Of a stretch of 64,000 nucleotides of DNA, positions 28,101-42,250 are shown in pieces. Made by a program: the position numbers and the translations under genes. This DNA is from the human T2T-CHM13v2.0 reference genome, Homo sapiens: assembly GCF_009914755.1 (NCBI RefSeq), contig NC_060930.1; one strand, written 5' to 3'. Positions within the stretch are counted from its first letter, which is position 1; each line of letters opens with the position of its first letter. The notes under the pieces were generated by a model that did not search any database, had not been told where the DNA came from, and saw nothing but the letters and a program-made list of their open reading frames with translations.

Positions 28101-28165
28101 ATTTCATGAGGGAAATAATAATGTTCTGAGCAGAGAGAACAGAAAACTCTCAAAGTCTGGGGGCC

Positions 28166-28673
28166 TGTTTTAAGTTGAATTGTGTCCCCACCAAAATTCA
28201 AATACTTAAGTCTTAACCCCTAGCACCTCAGAATATGACCTTATTTAGAAATTGATCATTGCAGATGTATTTAGCTCAGATAAGGTCATTAGGATGGGCT
28301 GTAATACAGTATGACTAGGTCCTTATAAGAAGGGGTAATTTGAACAGAGAAACAGACATGTGCACAGGGAGAATGCCACATAAACACAAAGGCAGAGATC
28401 AAGGTAATGTATGTCCAAGCCAAAGAACACCAGAGATTGCTAGCAAGCCACCAGAAGCTGAGAGAGAAATGTGGAATGAATTCTCCCTTGCAGCCCTCAG
28501 AAGAACCAGCTCTGCTGAAACCTTGACCTCAGACTTTTAGCCTCCAAAACTGTGAGACAATAAATTTCTGTTGTTTAAGCCACGGAATAAATTTATGTTT
28601 AAATTTATTTCTGAGACAATAAATTTCTGTTGTTTATGGCACTTTGTTATGGCAGCGCTAGCAAACTAATACT
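28166..28673 (+). mobile_element. MLT1C-type MaLR solo LTR
   Basis: tgttttaagttgaattgtgtcccc start; ccaagccaaagaacaccagagattgc; gcaaactaatac end. Confidence 0.85.
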
Positions 28674-28723
28674 GAGGGCAAGCAACTGGATCTTTCTACA
28701 TTTTGGAAAGTGAGGGTCCAGAG

Positions 28724-29147
28724 CAATGGTGTGCTGAAATTATAGCACCAGCTGGAGAGAAGCAATTGTTTAGTTTTGTTATTTCGAAAGTAAATTGACA
28801 CAAAAACAAGAGCCATTATTTAAAATAAAGTTATATGAACTGATAATTAATTTATTTAAAACAAGATAATCAATATTCAGAACAAATCACCACCTAGTAA
28901 CTCTGCATTTTACTATGATCTATGCTTTTAAGGCTATGCTATATACATCCACTGTATGTATATAATGGAAATACAGTATAATTCTACTGCATGTCCCTTA
29001 TTAACTCCACAATCAGGGATATCACATTGGTAGGTTAAAATAAACCCTGGTGGGATAATTTACACCACAAAAATCAGAAAATGCTAGAAATTGGAGCTCA
29101 GATCACCCTGGAGAGCTGTTTGTTAAATATTTACCAACCCACCCCTG
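28724..29147 (+). mobile_element. MER63 (hAT-Blackjack; MER63B size) DNA transposon
   Basis: Terminal inverted repeats caatggtgtgctg / caacccacccctg; ggagagctgtttgttaaatatttacc; degenerate 8-bp TSD gtccagag / gtctaaag. Confidence 0.7.
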
Positions 29148-29481
29148 GTCTAAAGAGATTGGTGGGTCATCTAGTATAACATGCGCTTCCTTCCATTGAC
29201 TCTAGAAATATCTTTCTAGTGTCTCCCAACACTTGTTCTTCTGGTACTTCTGCCTTCTGGATGACATGTGGACCAGTGGATGACTCTGATCTCAGTTTGC
29301 AGCTTTCCCAGCAAAGCCAGTTTTGTCCTGAGTTAGCCCTATTGCAGACCGTTTGGCAACTCACAGTGTGAATGAATAAATAAATGAATCCTTCAGAAAT
29401 TGCTTTCAAATTATGATCACAATGCTGCTTAACTTTCACAACATACAGCTGGTGGAAAGAACACTGTACTAGTCCATTTTC

Positions 29482-30985
29482 TTTGTTTTATTTTATTTTA
29501 TTTTTTATTATTGTACTTTAAGTTCTAGGGTACATGTGCACAACATGCAGGTTTGTTACATGTGTATACACGTGCCATGTTGGTGTGCTGCACCCATTAA
29601 CTCATCATTTACATTAGGTATATCTCCTAATGTTATCCCTCCGCCCCCCCACCCCACAACAGGCCCTGGTGTGTGATGTTCCCCTTCATGTGTCCAGGTG
29701 TTCTCATTATTCAATTCCCACCTATGAGTGAGAACATGCAGTGTTTGGTTTTCTGTCCTTGCGATAGTTTGCTGAGAATGATGGTTTCCAGCTTCATCCA
29801 TGCCCCTACAAAGGACATGAACTCATCCTTTTTTATGGCTGCATAGTATTCCATGGTGTATATGTGCCATATTTTCTTAATCCAGTCTATCATTGATGGA
29901 CATTTGGGTTGGTTTCAAGTCTTGGCTATTGTGAATAGTGCCACAATAAACATACGTGTGCATGTGTCTTTCTAGCAGCATGATTTATAATCCTTTGGGT
30001 ATATACCCAGTAATGGGATGGCTGGATCAAATGGTATTTCTATTTCAAGATCCTTGAGGAATCACCACACTGTCTTCTACAATGGTTGAACTAGTTTACA
30101 GTCCAACCAACAGTGTAAAAGTGTTCCTATTTCTTCACATCCTCTCCAGCACCTGTTGTTTCTTGACTTTTTAATGATCCCCATTCTAACTGGTGTGAGA
30201 TGGTATCTCATTGTGGTTTTGATTTGCATTTCTCTGATGGCCAGTGATGATGAACATTTTTTCATGTGTCTGTTGGCCGCATAAATGCCTTCTTTTGAGA
30301 AGTGTCTGTTCATATCCTTCACCCACTTTTTGATGGGGTTGTTTGATTTTTTCTTGTAAATTTGTTTAAGTTATTTGTAGATTCTGGATGCACTTTGTCA
30401 GATGGGTAGATTGCAAAAATTTTCTCCCATTCTATATGTTGCCTGTTCACTCTGATGGTAGTTTCCTTTGACATGCAGAAGCTCTTTAGTTTAATTAGAT
30501 CCCATTTATCAATTTTGACTTTTGTTGCCATTGCTTTTGGTGTTTTAGACATGAAGTCCTTGCCAATGCCTGTGTCCTGAATGGTATTGCCTAGGTTTTC
30601 TTCTAGGGTTTTTATGGTTTTAGGTCTAACATTTAAGTCTTTAATCCATCTTGAATTAATTTTTGTATAAGGTGTAAGGAAGGGATCCAGTTTCAGCTTT
30701 CTACATATGGCTAGTCAGTTTTCCCAGCACCATTTATTAAATAGGGAATCATTTCCCCATTTATTGTTTTTGTCAGATATGTCAAAGATCAGATGGTTGT
30801 AGATGTGTGGTATTATTTCTGAGGGCTCTGTTCTGTTCCATTGGTCTATATGTCTGTTTTGGTACCAGTACCATGCTGTTTTCATTACTGTAGTCTTGTA
30901 GTATAGTTTGAAGTCAGGTAGCATGATGCCTCCAGCTTTGTTCTTTTGGCTTAGGATTGTCTTGGCCATGCGGGCTCTTTTTTGG
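29482..30985 (-). mobile_element. L1PA (about PA4-PA5), 5'-truncated, 1.5 kb
   Basis: L1PA 3' UTR and ORF2 C-terminal fragments ([48 protein letters not shown]); 17-bp TSD TGTACTAGTCCATTTTC at 29465-29481 and 30986-31002. Confidence 0.97.
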
Positions 30986-32481
30986 TGTACTAGTCCATTT
31001 TCATGCTGCAGATAAAGACATACCCAAGACTGGGCAATTTACAAAAGAAAGAGGTTTAACAGACTTATAGTTCCACGTGGCTGGGGAAGCCTCACAATCA
31101 TAGCAGAAGGCAAGGAGAAGCAAGTTACATCTTAAATGGAGGGCAGCAGGCAAAGAGAGAGCTTATGCAGGGAAACTCACTCTTATAGAACCGTCAAAGC
31201 TCATGAGACTTATTCACTATCATGAGAACAGCATGGGAAAGACCTGCCCCCATTATTCAATAACCTCCCACCAGATCTCTCCCACAAAACATGGGAATTC
31301 AGGATGAGATTTGGGTGGGGACACAGCCAAACCATATAATTCTGCCCCTGACCCCTGCCAAATCTCATATCCTCACATTTCAAAATCCATCATGCTTTCC
31401 CAACAGTCCCCCAGAGTCTTAACTCATTTCAGCATTTATTCAAAAGTTCACAGTCCAAAGTCTCATCTGAGACAAGGCAAGTCCCTTCTGCTTATGAGCC
31501 TGTAAAATCAAGAGCAAGTTAGTTACTTCCTAGATACACTGGGGGTACAGGCATTGAGTAAATACAGCCATTCCAAATGGGAGAAATTGGCCAAAACAAA
31601 GGGGCTACAAGCCCCATGCAAATCCAAAATTCAGCAGAGCAGTCAAATCTTAAAGCTCCAAAATGATCTCCTTTGACTCCCTATCTCACATCCAGGACAT
31701 GCTGATGCAAGAGATGGGCTCCCAGGGGGTTGGGGAGCTTTATCTCTGTGGCTTTGCAGGGTACAGCCTCCCTCCCAGCTGCTTTCATGGGCTTGCATTG
31801 AGTGTCTGTGGCTTTTCCAGGCACATGGTGCAAGCTGTCAGTAGTTCTACCATTCTGGGGTCTAGAGGATGGTGGCCCCCTTCTCATAGCTCTACTAGGT
31901 GGTGCCCCAGTAGGGAGTCTGTTTGAGGGCTCCAGCCCTACATTTCCCTTCTGCACTGCCCTAGCAGAGGTTCTCCATGAGAGCCCCAACCCTGCAGCAA
32001 ACTTCTGCTGGGCACCCAGGCATTTCCATACATCTCCTGAAATCTAGGCAGAGGTTCCCAAACCCCAGTTCTTGACTTCTGTGCACTCACAAGTTCAACA
32101 CCATGTGGAAGCTGCCAAGGCTTGGGGCTTCCACCCTCTGAAGCAACAGCCCAAGCTGTACCTTGGCCCCTGTTAGTCACAGCTGGAGGGACTGGGACTC
32201 TGGGCACCAAGCCCCTAGGCTGCACAAAGCAGGGAGCCCTGGACCCAGCCGACAAAAACATTTTGTCCTTCTAAACCTCTGGGCCTGTGATGGGAGGGAC
32301 TGCCACAAAGGTCTCTGACATGCCCTGGAGACATTTTCCCCATTGTCTTGGTGATTAACATTTGGCTCCTCATTACTTATGCAAATTTCTGCAGCCAGCT
32401 TGAATTTCTTCTCAGAAAATGGGATTTTCTTTTCTATTGCATTGTCAGGCTGCAAATTTTACAAACTTTTATGCTCTTTTT

Positions 32482-33426
32482 TATTGGGGGAACCCACCCC
32501 CGAAAATTCAACATGAGTCCTTTTCTAGTTTCCCTAAGTGTCAGCCTGTCTGAGAAATAAAGGGAAAGAGTACAAAAGAGAGAAATTTTAAACCTGGGTG
32601 TCCAGGGGAAACATCACATGCCGGCAGGTTCCGTAGTGCCCCCAGAGCCGTGAAACCAGCAAGTTTTTATTAGCAATTTTCAAAGGGGAGGGAGTGTACA
32701 AATAGGGTGTGGGTCACAGAAATCACATGCTTCAAGGGCGACAAAAGATCACAAGGCAGAAGGTCAGGGTGAAACTAGGATCACTAATGAACTTCCATGT
32801 CCCGCTGTGCACACATTGTCAGGGTTCAAGAGCAGAGAGCTGGTCTGACTAGAATTCGCCAGGCTGGAATTTCCTAGTCCTAGCAAGCCTGGGGGCACTG
32901 CAGGAGACTAGGGCATGTTTCATCCCTATCTACATCTGCATAAGGCAGACACTCCCAGGGCAGCCATTTTAGAGGCCCCACCCTGGGAATGCATTCTTTT
33001 CCCAGGGCTGTTAATTATTAATATTCCTTACTGGGGAAAGAATTCAGCGATATTTCTCTTACCCATGTTCAGTAATAAGAGAAATATGGCTCTGTCCTGC
33101 CCAGCCCACAGGCAGACAGACTTTAAGGTTATCTCCCTTGTTCTCTGAACATTGCTGTTATCCTATTCTTTTTTCAAGGTACCCAGGTTTCATATTGTTT
33201 AAACAATTTGTGCAGTTAACTCAATCATCACAGGGTCCTGAGGTGACATATATCCTCAGCTTATGAAGATGATGGGATTAAGAGACTAAAGTAAAGAAAG
33301 GCATAGGAAATCACAAGAGTATTAATTTGGGGAACTAATAAATGTCCATGAAATCTTCACAATTTATGTTCTTCTGCCATGGCTTCAGCCGGTCCCTCCA
33401 TTTGGGGTCCCTGACTTCCTGCAACA
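32482..33426 (-). mobile_element. MER11 solo LTR (HERV-K11/HML-8)
   Basis: Minus-strand start tgttgcaggaagtcagggacccc...gaagccatggcagaagaacataaattgtgaagatttcatgg; end gggttcccccaata; 6-bp TSD CTTTTT at 32476-32481 and 33427-33432. Confidence 0.92.
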
Positions 33427-36400
33427 CTTTTTCTTTTTTAAAACTGAATGCCTTTAACAACACCTACATAACCTCTTGAATGCTTTGTTGCTTAGAAATT
33501 TCTTCCACCAGATACCCTAAATCATCTCTCTGAAGTTCAAAGTCCCACGAATCTCTAGGGCAGGGTCAAAGTGCTGCCAGTCTATTTGCTAAAACATAAT
33601 AAGAGTCATCTTTGCTCCAGTTCCCAGTGAGTTCCTCATTTCCACCTGAGACCACCTCGGCTTGGATTTCATTGTCCATAGCATTATCAGCATTTTGGTC
33701 AAAGCCATTCAACAAGTCTCTAGGGAGCTCCAAACGTTCCCACATTTTCCTGTCTTTTTCTGAGCCCTCCAAACCTTTTCCTATTATCAAGTTCCAAAGT
33801 TGCATCCACATTTTCAGCTATCTTTTCAGTAGCACCCCATTCCTGGTACCAATTTATTGTATTAATCAATTTTCATGCTGCAGATAAAGACATACCCAAG
33901 ACTGGGCAATTTACAACAGAAAGAGGTTTAATGGCCTTACAGTCCACATGGCTAGAGAAGCCTCACAATCATGGCAGAAAGCAAGAAGGAACAAGTCACA
34001 TCTTATATGTATGGCAGCAGGCAAAGAGAAAGAGCTTGTGCAGGGAAACTCCCCCTTATAGAACCATCAGCTCTCATGAGACTTATTCACTATCATGAGA
34101 ACAGCATGGGAGAGGCTTGCCGCCATGATTCAATTACCTCCCACCAGGCCCCTTCCACAACACATGGGAAATCAAGGTGAGATTTGAGTGTGGACACAGC
34201 CAAACTATATCAAACACTATTTATGACTTATAAGATACCAATTTTGTTCCTGAGATTATGAGAACAACTCTTCTGTATCTCAAATTCCCTTCTGTTTAAA
34301 AGAGTCACTTAATCCCCCTCCTCGCTAACCAATTAGGATAGCATAAAGTTTCATTTTTGTGAAGGCACTTTTAAAAAAAGTGCTGCCATACAAACATATG
34401 GCAGATTAGTATTATTATAGTAAGCTTCAAATTCTTGAAGACACACCATGTATGTTCCCAAGAAACAAGATATATGATTGTGATAACTTGCATTGGAAAT
34501 TAGTATAAAAATAGAAGATGCCATAATGTAAAATATTTTAGTGTACTTCTTATGTATAGCTGATTCATTTTTGAACAGTGACTCTAAAATGATCTTATTA
34601 CATCTTGTATGAATACAATTATTAAATAATAACAGATATAAGCTAACAGAAAAATAATTGGGTGACTGTAGCAACATTGAAATGTAAACTCTTAGATGGA
34701 GAGAACAAGCTTCGTGATAATTATATTTGTCATTAAATGATAACATCCAATTGGTATCTAATCTTCAGGCTACAAATAAGCATGTAATACTGAAAATACA
34801 TTCTAATTACATGGCTGTTTGTCCCCTGTAAACGTAATAAGATGAAGTACAAGCAGTGTTGCAAATTCCAATGAAGAATTGTATTCAGATTCTAATGAAA
34901 GATGCCAGGTGAAGCTTATGGCTTAATATTCTCCTATTTCTATGTTCAGTGCCAATGATTTTACCACTTAGTTCCAGATGTCAAAGTTTGTATTTCAACA
35001 TTACTATCATTATTTGACACTATTGTTACATAATGAGAACTGACCTAATACTCTACTGGAGCCTGAACAAATCTTATTTGGAAATTGAAGCAAAATATAT
35101 ATTTGTCTAATAGAGTTTAAATAAAGAAAAATGACTAATTCCTCCATCTTAAATAATTGGGAGATAACTTTATCATCTCAACTCCTCTACTTAAGCATTT
35201 ATCTAAAGCCACAATTCCTTTTTATTTTGGCCTCAATGTAAAAGTACATCTTCTAATTGAACTTCTGTGTTTGAAAGTTCAGATATTCAGTACTTGGCAC
35301 AGACTTAGTAAATGTTTCGAGTGGATGGATGGATGGATGGGTGGATGGACAGTTGATGAATAGTTTATAACCTCAATTTATTTTCTGCAAGTAAATGAAG
35401 TCAAATACATTTGCCTAATTTTTTCATTGAGTTAATAAATCATTTTAGTGACTTTCTACACAGATTAGATGTGCTATACTATGAAGTCCTAGAACATTGA
35501 ATTGTATAAAGCATTATGATTTAATTTATCTTAATAAAGAACTCTTATGATTTTAAAGCTGTACTTGTTTATATAATAATACCTATCAAGTGAACTAGGA
35601 GGTGACCAAGAAAAAATAATATTAAAGCTTAAGGCAACAGGTAGGCCAGAGGGCAGAGAGGAAGCTTCCAGGTTTGCTGGTTGATGATTTACGGCCTTAA
35701 AAATTTATATTTTTGTGTACTTCCTCTATGCTGTAGAAATGAAAAATTCTGAAATCAATTACAATCACTCTGTACCACATTATATTTTTCTACCTTCAAA
35801 ATGATTGGCTTTTAAAATAACATAATTGCTAATACCTACTGAGGATACCTTTTTGGTGTCTACATCTACAGATGAAGAAAGGTGAGGGATATATGCAATG
35901 GTTTTCCCAAGGTTGGATTGCTGCTGGAGCAGGGACTTGAACCAGGAGCTGATGGAAGGCACATGCTGACCCTCAATGCCTTTTAGGCGATGACGCTGCC
36001 AAAGCCCACAGTAGTTCCAAACTCTCTGCCTTTTAATGTACCTCTTCCAGCTACAGTTGCTTTCTCTTCCTCCCCAATGACTTAGGACCCTGCCCAAGTT
36101 CTCTCCTTCCCACAAGATTCTTACCCTTCCTGCCTTTATGTCCTAGTGTATGAAAACTCTACACATACCATGTAATTCCACTTAAACAACTCAGTTCCGT
36201 TCTCCTCTTCTTGAGGCAAGAACTTTTTTCTGATAATTCCCTTTTACCATCCCCACCCTCTACCCCCACACCTACCACATACAGAAATAGGAAGCAACTA
36301 TTTGTTAATACAGTGATACCCTTCGAGTTCTTAAAAGAGCTCAGAAAGAATTGGTATACTTTCAGCATTTAAAATACTGTTACTTTGCAGATGTCATGGT

Positions 36401-36728
36401 TAACAGAAGCAGATTAAATCTAGAATATGTTTTTGTAGAACACACACCCCCAAATCTAAAGAATCACTTAGCACAGAACTTCCAAATACTAAAGAGTGTG
36501 AATGAAGATGTGGCTCACTTGATCCTCAATTTTTTTTTTTAATTCTTCAATGTCCTGCCTTTCTCAGAAGACGAAGAGACTTAAATGTGTTGTTAGTTAT
36601 CCTGTTAGATTCTCCTCATCTTGTGTTCCTGAGACACGACTTGGGGTGACTGTTCTGTTTCCAGGGGCACAGTATATTAAGGATAGAATTCTAATCATAC
36701 CAAGTCCCACAGAGTAACTACTCTTTGA

Positions 36729-37146
<418 letters not shown>

Positions 37147-37238
37147 GGCAGGTTGTTTTAAAGTATCCCTGTGTCCATTTGGTGACAAAAGAAAAACCTA
37201 AATTTAAAAAAAGAAAAAAGAAAGAAAGAGAAAGAGAA

Positions 37239-37285
37239 GGAAGGAAGGAAGGAAGGAAGGAAGGAAGGAAGGAAGGAAGGAAGGA

Positions 37286-37316
<31 letters not shown>

Positions 37317-37326
37317 CAAGCAAGCA
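37239..37326 (+). repeat. Compound microsatellite (GGAA)12(GGCA)8(AGCA)2
   Basis: Direct count; preceded by an A/G-rich tract starting near 37206. Confidence 0.97.
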
Positions 37327-37433
37327 TTTGTCATGTCAGACACCTCCTTCAAGGTTTGCAAAGCAAATTTGGGTAAAATGAAGTGCCTAGATTTGCTCTT
37401 TACAGAAGTATCCAAAACACTTTAAAGAATGGC

Positions 37434-37527
37434 TCCTCTTTCCCTCTCTTTCTCTCTCTCCCTCATCTTCTCTTTCCCTCTTTCTCTCCCTCTTCCTCTC
37501 CCTTTCTTTCTGTCTCTCCTCTCTCTC
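37434..37527 (+). repeat. CT-rich low-complexity tract
   Basis: Near-pure polypyrimidine stretch. Confidence 0.85.
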
Positions 37528-38879
37528 ATCCAAAAAGTAACCACTATATATTTGATATCTTATTTGGTTTACTGGATGTTCTGTATCTGAATCTGCATTT
37601 TGCTTACAATAGAAATGTTAACTGCTTTCCTCTAACCACCTCCTGGGGATGAGATTTGCTGTTAGGTTGTACACTTACTGACTCCAGAATTTACTGATCC
37701 AAATTTTCGTCTGTGTTATATTTGTCTCTTCCTTCCTCTCACATTTATCATCATTTTCTGCTTGTGTATCTGTCCATTTGTCTTTCTTTCCTTTAATTTC
37801 TGTTCCATGGTCCCCAGATAAAAAATGAAATATTAGGTTTGTCAAGCGTATATCATTGTTTAAATGCCTGGAGATGATGGGTTAAACAGACCAATCAATG
37901 AAACAAACCTCCAGTGCACTGCAGGGGCTGCAAAGGATGCTCCCTTTGGCTTTTTAAGACCTAACAAGTCAATAACCTATTAATATCACATTCTGCCTGT
38001 CACCTCTACACAATTCACATGTGACTTCTTAGGACAAAACTTTACAGCTGATGATGAATTAAACAGAAAAATGTTTGTGGCAAAATTCAAACTAAAAATA
38101 AAACTAAATGAATTGAAAAGTGAAATGGAAAGAATAATTACATGATTATAACCATAAGATGCACCACAATTATTACAGCTACACCATGAATATTATAAAC
38201 ACATAAAATGACCCAAATTTTTAGGTAATGAATTATTTATTTTACTATTTTTTAGTATATTACCCAGAGGGTATGCTGTGCCAAAAGAGTTAAATTCCCA
38301 CCACATGAAAAAATAGGATCCTTGCACATTGGAGAGTTTACATTGGAAAGAGATAATCAGACAGACAAAAGCATGTTTTAGATTAAATTTTTCCATTTAT
38401 ATAATGAAAGTTCAAAACTTTAGTTTAAATATCAAAGAAAGTATGTCTGGAAAGCATTGCTTATTATGTATAGAGCTAAGTTGTTGAATATATGTATCTG
38501 ATAATCGTTTATATTTATAAAATCATTTATACATGTATATTTATGTAATATACTAGGGATGACAGCCATCTGAGTTACAAAATTGACAATTTACTTTCAG
38601 ATGATTCACATTTTCAATCTCTCGTATGTTTGTTCCTGTTTCCAAAGTAAAAAAAAAAATTATACTGAAATATTTTAATACTCCAAAAATTTTCCAAATG
38701 TTAACTCAGTAATTCCAAAACTGATTTTTATATCATTACTTTACATGAAATAGAAATGTACAGGACAATTAGTTCATTTCCTAGAAATAAAATTCTTCAC
38801 TGTAATAAAAATTTGTTCTGCAACATTAGATGAATTCCCTAGTCTTTAGTATAACCCTTCCCAAACAGGACTACTCCTA

Positions 38880-39105
38880 ACATCATGGTCAAAGGCACAG
38901 TTTTGGAATCTGGCAGATTTCATTATAAATCCCGGCTCTATTATTTAGAGTTAAGTGACCTTATTTTTTTAATCTCCATGTGTTAAATAGAGATATTTAC
39001 CTCTATCTCAGTGAGTTTGATGAGGATTAAATGAGGTGCTGTCTCATATTGAACATAGAGCTCATTGCCCAGTACCAGACACAGCATAAGCACTTAATAA
39101 ATGAA
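38880..39105 (+). mobile_element. MIR SINE
   Basis: aaatcccggctctatt...tgaggattaaatgag...taagcacttaataaat. Confidence 0.75.
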
Positions 39106-39173
39106 AAAGAAAATGTAGTTCATTCAGCTAACCCCAGCTAGGCAAAGACTCTAGGCATAATTTGCTCAAATAC

Positions 39174-39472
<299 letters not shown>

Positions 39473-40146
39473 TAAAATATTTTTATCTCTCAAATATTCC
39501 TTATATAACCAGAGCTCATCCACCCATCTTACTATAGAGCTGTTTTTTGGGCTAGACGTTGTAAAGGTATTAAAGTAACCCAAGATCTACTTTTTTTGTG
39601 TGTTGGCAGTATTAGCCATACCAAGCTTATAGTAGCAAAAATGAATGATTATCTCTCATTTCTGATTATAGCAATGAGGCAATCAATAGAAATGCGATTA
39701 ATCTTTTGGGAGATTATTGTGCCTTAAAAGATAGAAGATTGTGGGGTATGATCACACAGATCACAATGTATAGTTGCACAGCTTCTCTCCTGAGTACCCC
39801 CACTAATTTTCATCCATTAAACAAACATTTATTGAGCACCGATTGTATTCAATGCTGTAAAATAAGCTTGAAATTTAACTCTTAAAATTACAAATATTCC
39901 CTGTCCCCACAGAGTTCTTGCCTTTCATTCTCTAGCACACCACACATCTATCACTTTCTAACCAGGTAACTTTCTGTTCGAAGTTTTTGCTAATAGTTTA
40001 AGTTGAAATTTGATTTTTTTAATGAAAATTTACTATCTGGTCTATATTTTTATTTTTATTTTAACCAGCTACCCATTCCATTCCTACCATTTGCCCCAGC
40101 AACACTGAGCTACTTGCAGTTCCATTCTTTCTCACTCTGTCTAAAA

Positions 40147-40321
40147 CATGGTTCTCAATTTTGGCTGCACATTAGCACCAGCCAAATAGATTTTTTAGTT
40201 CCTAATGCCCAGGCTGCAACCCAGACAAGTCATGCAGAATCTCAAGAGGAGGAACCAAAGCATCAGTTATGTTTAATATTCCCAGGTAATTCCAGTGTGT
40301 AGCTAAGGATGAGACACTCTG
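40147..40321. mobile_element. MER5-type (hAT-Charlie) MITE
   Basis: catggttctcaattttggctgcacattag...cccaggtaattccagtgtg...gagacactctg. Confidence 0.75.
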
Positions 40322-40456
40322 ACCCTAAGTCGTACTTTGCAACTCAGTTATTTGTCACCTCACTCCTACCCATCCAGCAAAATACAGTTCCACGATTCTT
40401 TCTTTCTGTGAAGTCTTTCCTGAACTCAACCAATCTTCCATGCTGGCTTAGGGACA

Positions 40457-41049
40457 TGTATTGGTTTACTATTGGCTGCCCAACAAATTACCACCACTTA
40501 ACAGCTTAAAACAACACAATTTAATAGATTACAGTTCTGTAGGTCAGAAGCCCAGGCACAGCATGACTGGGTCTCATACTCAGGGTCTCACGATGCTAAA
40601 ATCAGGATGCCAACTGGCTGCGTCTTTATCTGGAATCCCAGTTAGGATCAGATCTATTTCCAACCTCCTTCAGCTTGGGGGTGGAATTTATTCCCTTGGA
40701 GTTGCTGGGCTGTGATCCCCATTGTCTTGTTAGGTGGCTGCCAGGGACTGCTGTCAGCTTCTAGAAGCTGCTCCCAAGTCCTTGCTATGTGGCCTCCTCC
40801 ACAGATCCTCTCACACTTTAATATCTCTGACTTCAGCAAAGACCAAGTCCTTGAGGTCTGATTACGTCAGTCCCACCTAAATAATTGCCCTTGGGTTAAC
40901 TTAAAATTCAACTCATTAGTAACCTACTCATGAGAGTACTGTCCTATCTTATTCACTGGCTCTTCCCACACTCAAAAAGAAGGACATATACATGAAGTAT
41001 CCATTAGAAGGTGGGAATTCTGGAAGCCATCTTAGAATTCTGCCTACCA
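40457..41049 (-). mobile_element. MLT1E-type MaLR solo LTR
   Basis: aacaaattaccaccacttaacagcttaaaacaacac; acagttctgtaggtcagaag; gccatcttagaattctgcctacca end. Confidence 0.8.
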
Positions 41050-42250
41050 AGTTTCCATCCAGTGATTCCCAAAGGGCCTCTCTGCTCACCACAGCACTTA
41101 CCACAATGAGTTTTTCCTATATCCTTTTCTGACACTCACCACACTTTGAATCCTCGGAGGGCAGGGATCATGTCATATTCATATTTGTCTTCCCAACATA
41201 TAACTCAAGGCCTGGAATAAGGTAGATGTTCACCAAGGGTTTGCCAAGTATTCATGCTGTGCATATTCATAAACTAGACCCTTTGCATATTAGAAAATAG
41301 AACAAACACAAATTTGGATGAAAGCCTGATCTAGGGTCTTAGGAAAGATGCAACTAACTCAATAATTTCAAAAAGTTAAGAAAGGTTGACTTCAAAAGCA
41401 GGCTAATAAACATAACGGTATTTTTCACTTTGAAGATTTTTAATTAATTTCATTGTTTATAAAATCATTGTTGTTTCAAATTATGTATGAATTTTTTTTC
41501 ATACTTACTGCCTTTGAACACAAAGAGTCATTTTCCATTTCGCAGCCTTATTTTTATGGTTTTCGGAATCAGTTTTCTCTCTATTGACCAAAATGCCAAA
41601 TATATCGTCATCCATATGATGTACAATATACATGCAAACTAATAGTAATTAGTTGATCCTTATATTATGATCATAGGTTAAATGCATAATGCATTTCTTC
41701 TGCCTTGAAGATACTTAGCACAGTGAAGAATGAAGACGTGGCTCCTAAACTGCAATTCCAGGACTCCCTAACCCATAGGCCTTAGACAAGTCATTTAACC
41801 TCTACTGTCCTCAGTTTTTTCATCCCTAAACTATAGGTGGCAATACCTTTTTGGATATATATGAAACAAACGGAGCTAAGTTGTGAGGAGGAGCTGACAC
41901 AGAATAAATAATGATAATCTGATAAAATTCCAACAATTCACCCTACCACTATCCTGCCCAACATGGAAAGATTGTCTGGGGAGAATGGAAAAATAAATTA
42001 TGTATTTACTCCTCTGATTATAGGAACTTGGGACAAGAAAGTCTAGCTACTTAAACTTTTAATCTGATCTAAAATAAAGATGAAATTGCAAATTCAAAGC
42101 TTATTCTGAGGTACATTGTTGACAAGATCTGAAAGTAGGAGAATGAAAAAATGGTAACTACAACTACTTTTTATGAAGTTTAACAGCAGAAATTATGCCC
42201 AATTATATTGCTGTTAGGAAAATCTTCTTCTATTATATAGCTCTGTAGAG

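Larger units (their letters stand above)
29465..34212 (-). mobile_element. THE1A MaLR provirus (LTR-internal-LTR) with two nested insertions
   Basis: LTRs at 30986-31339 and 33858-34212; THE1 internal sequence between them; 5-bp TSD AACAC at 29460-29464 and 34213-34217. Confidence 0.93.

Noticed and set aside
29556-30969. ORFs with clear L1 ORF2p peptides
   Set aside because: Broken fragments of a 5'-truncated L1PA, not a host gene.
31311-34180. Dense ORF cluster
   Set aside because: Decayed THE1 internal, THE1 LTR and MER11 sequence.
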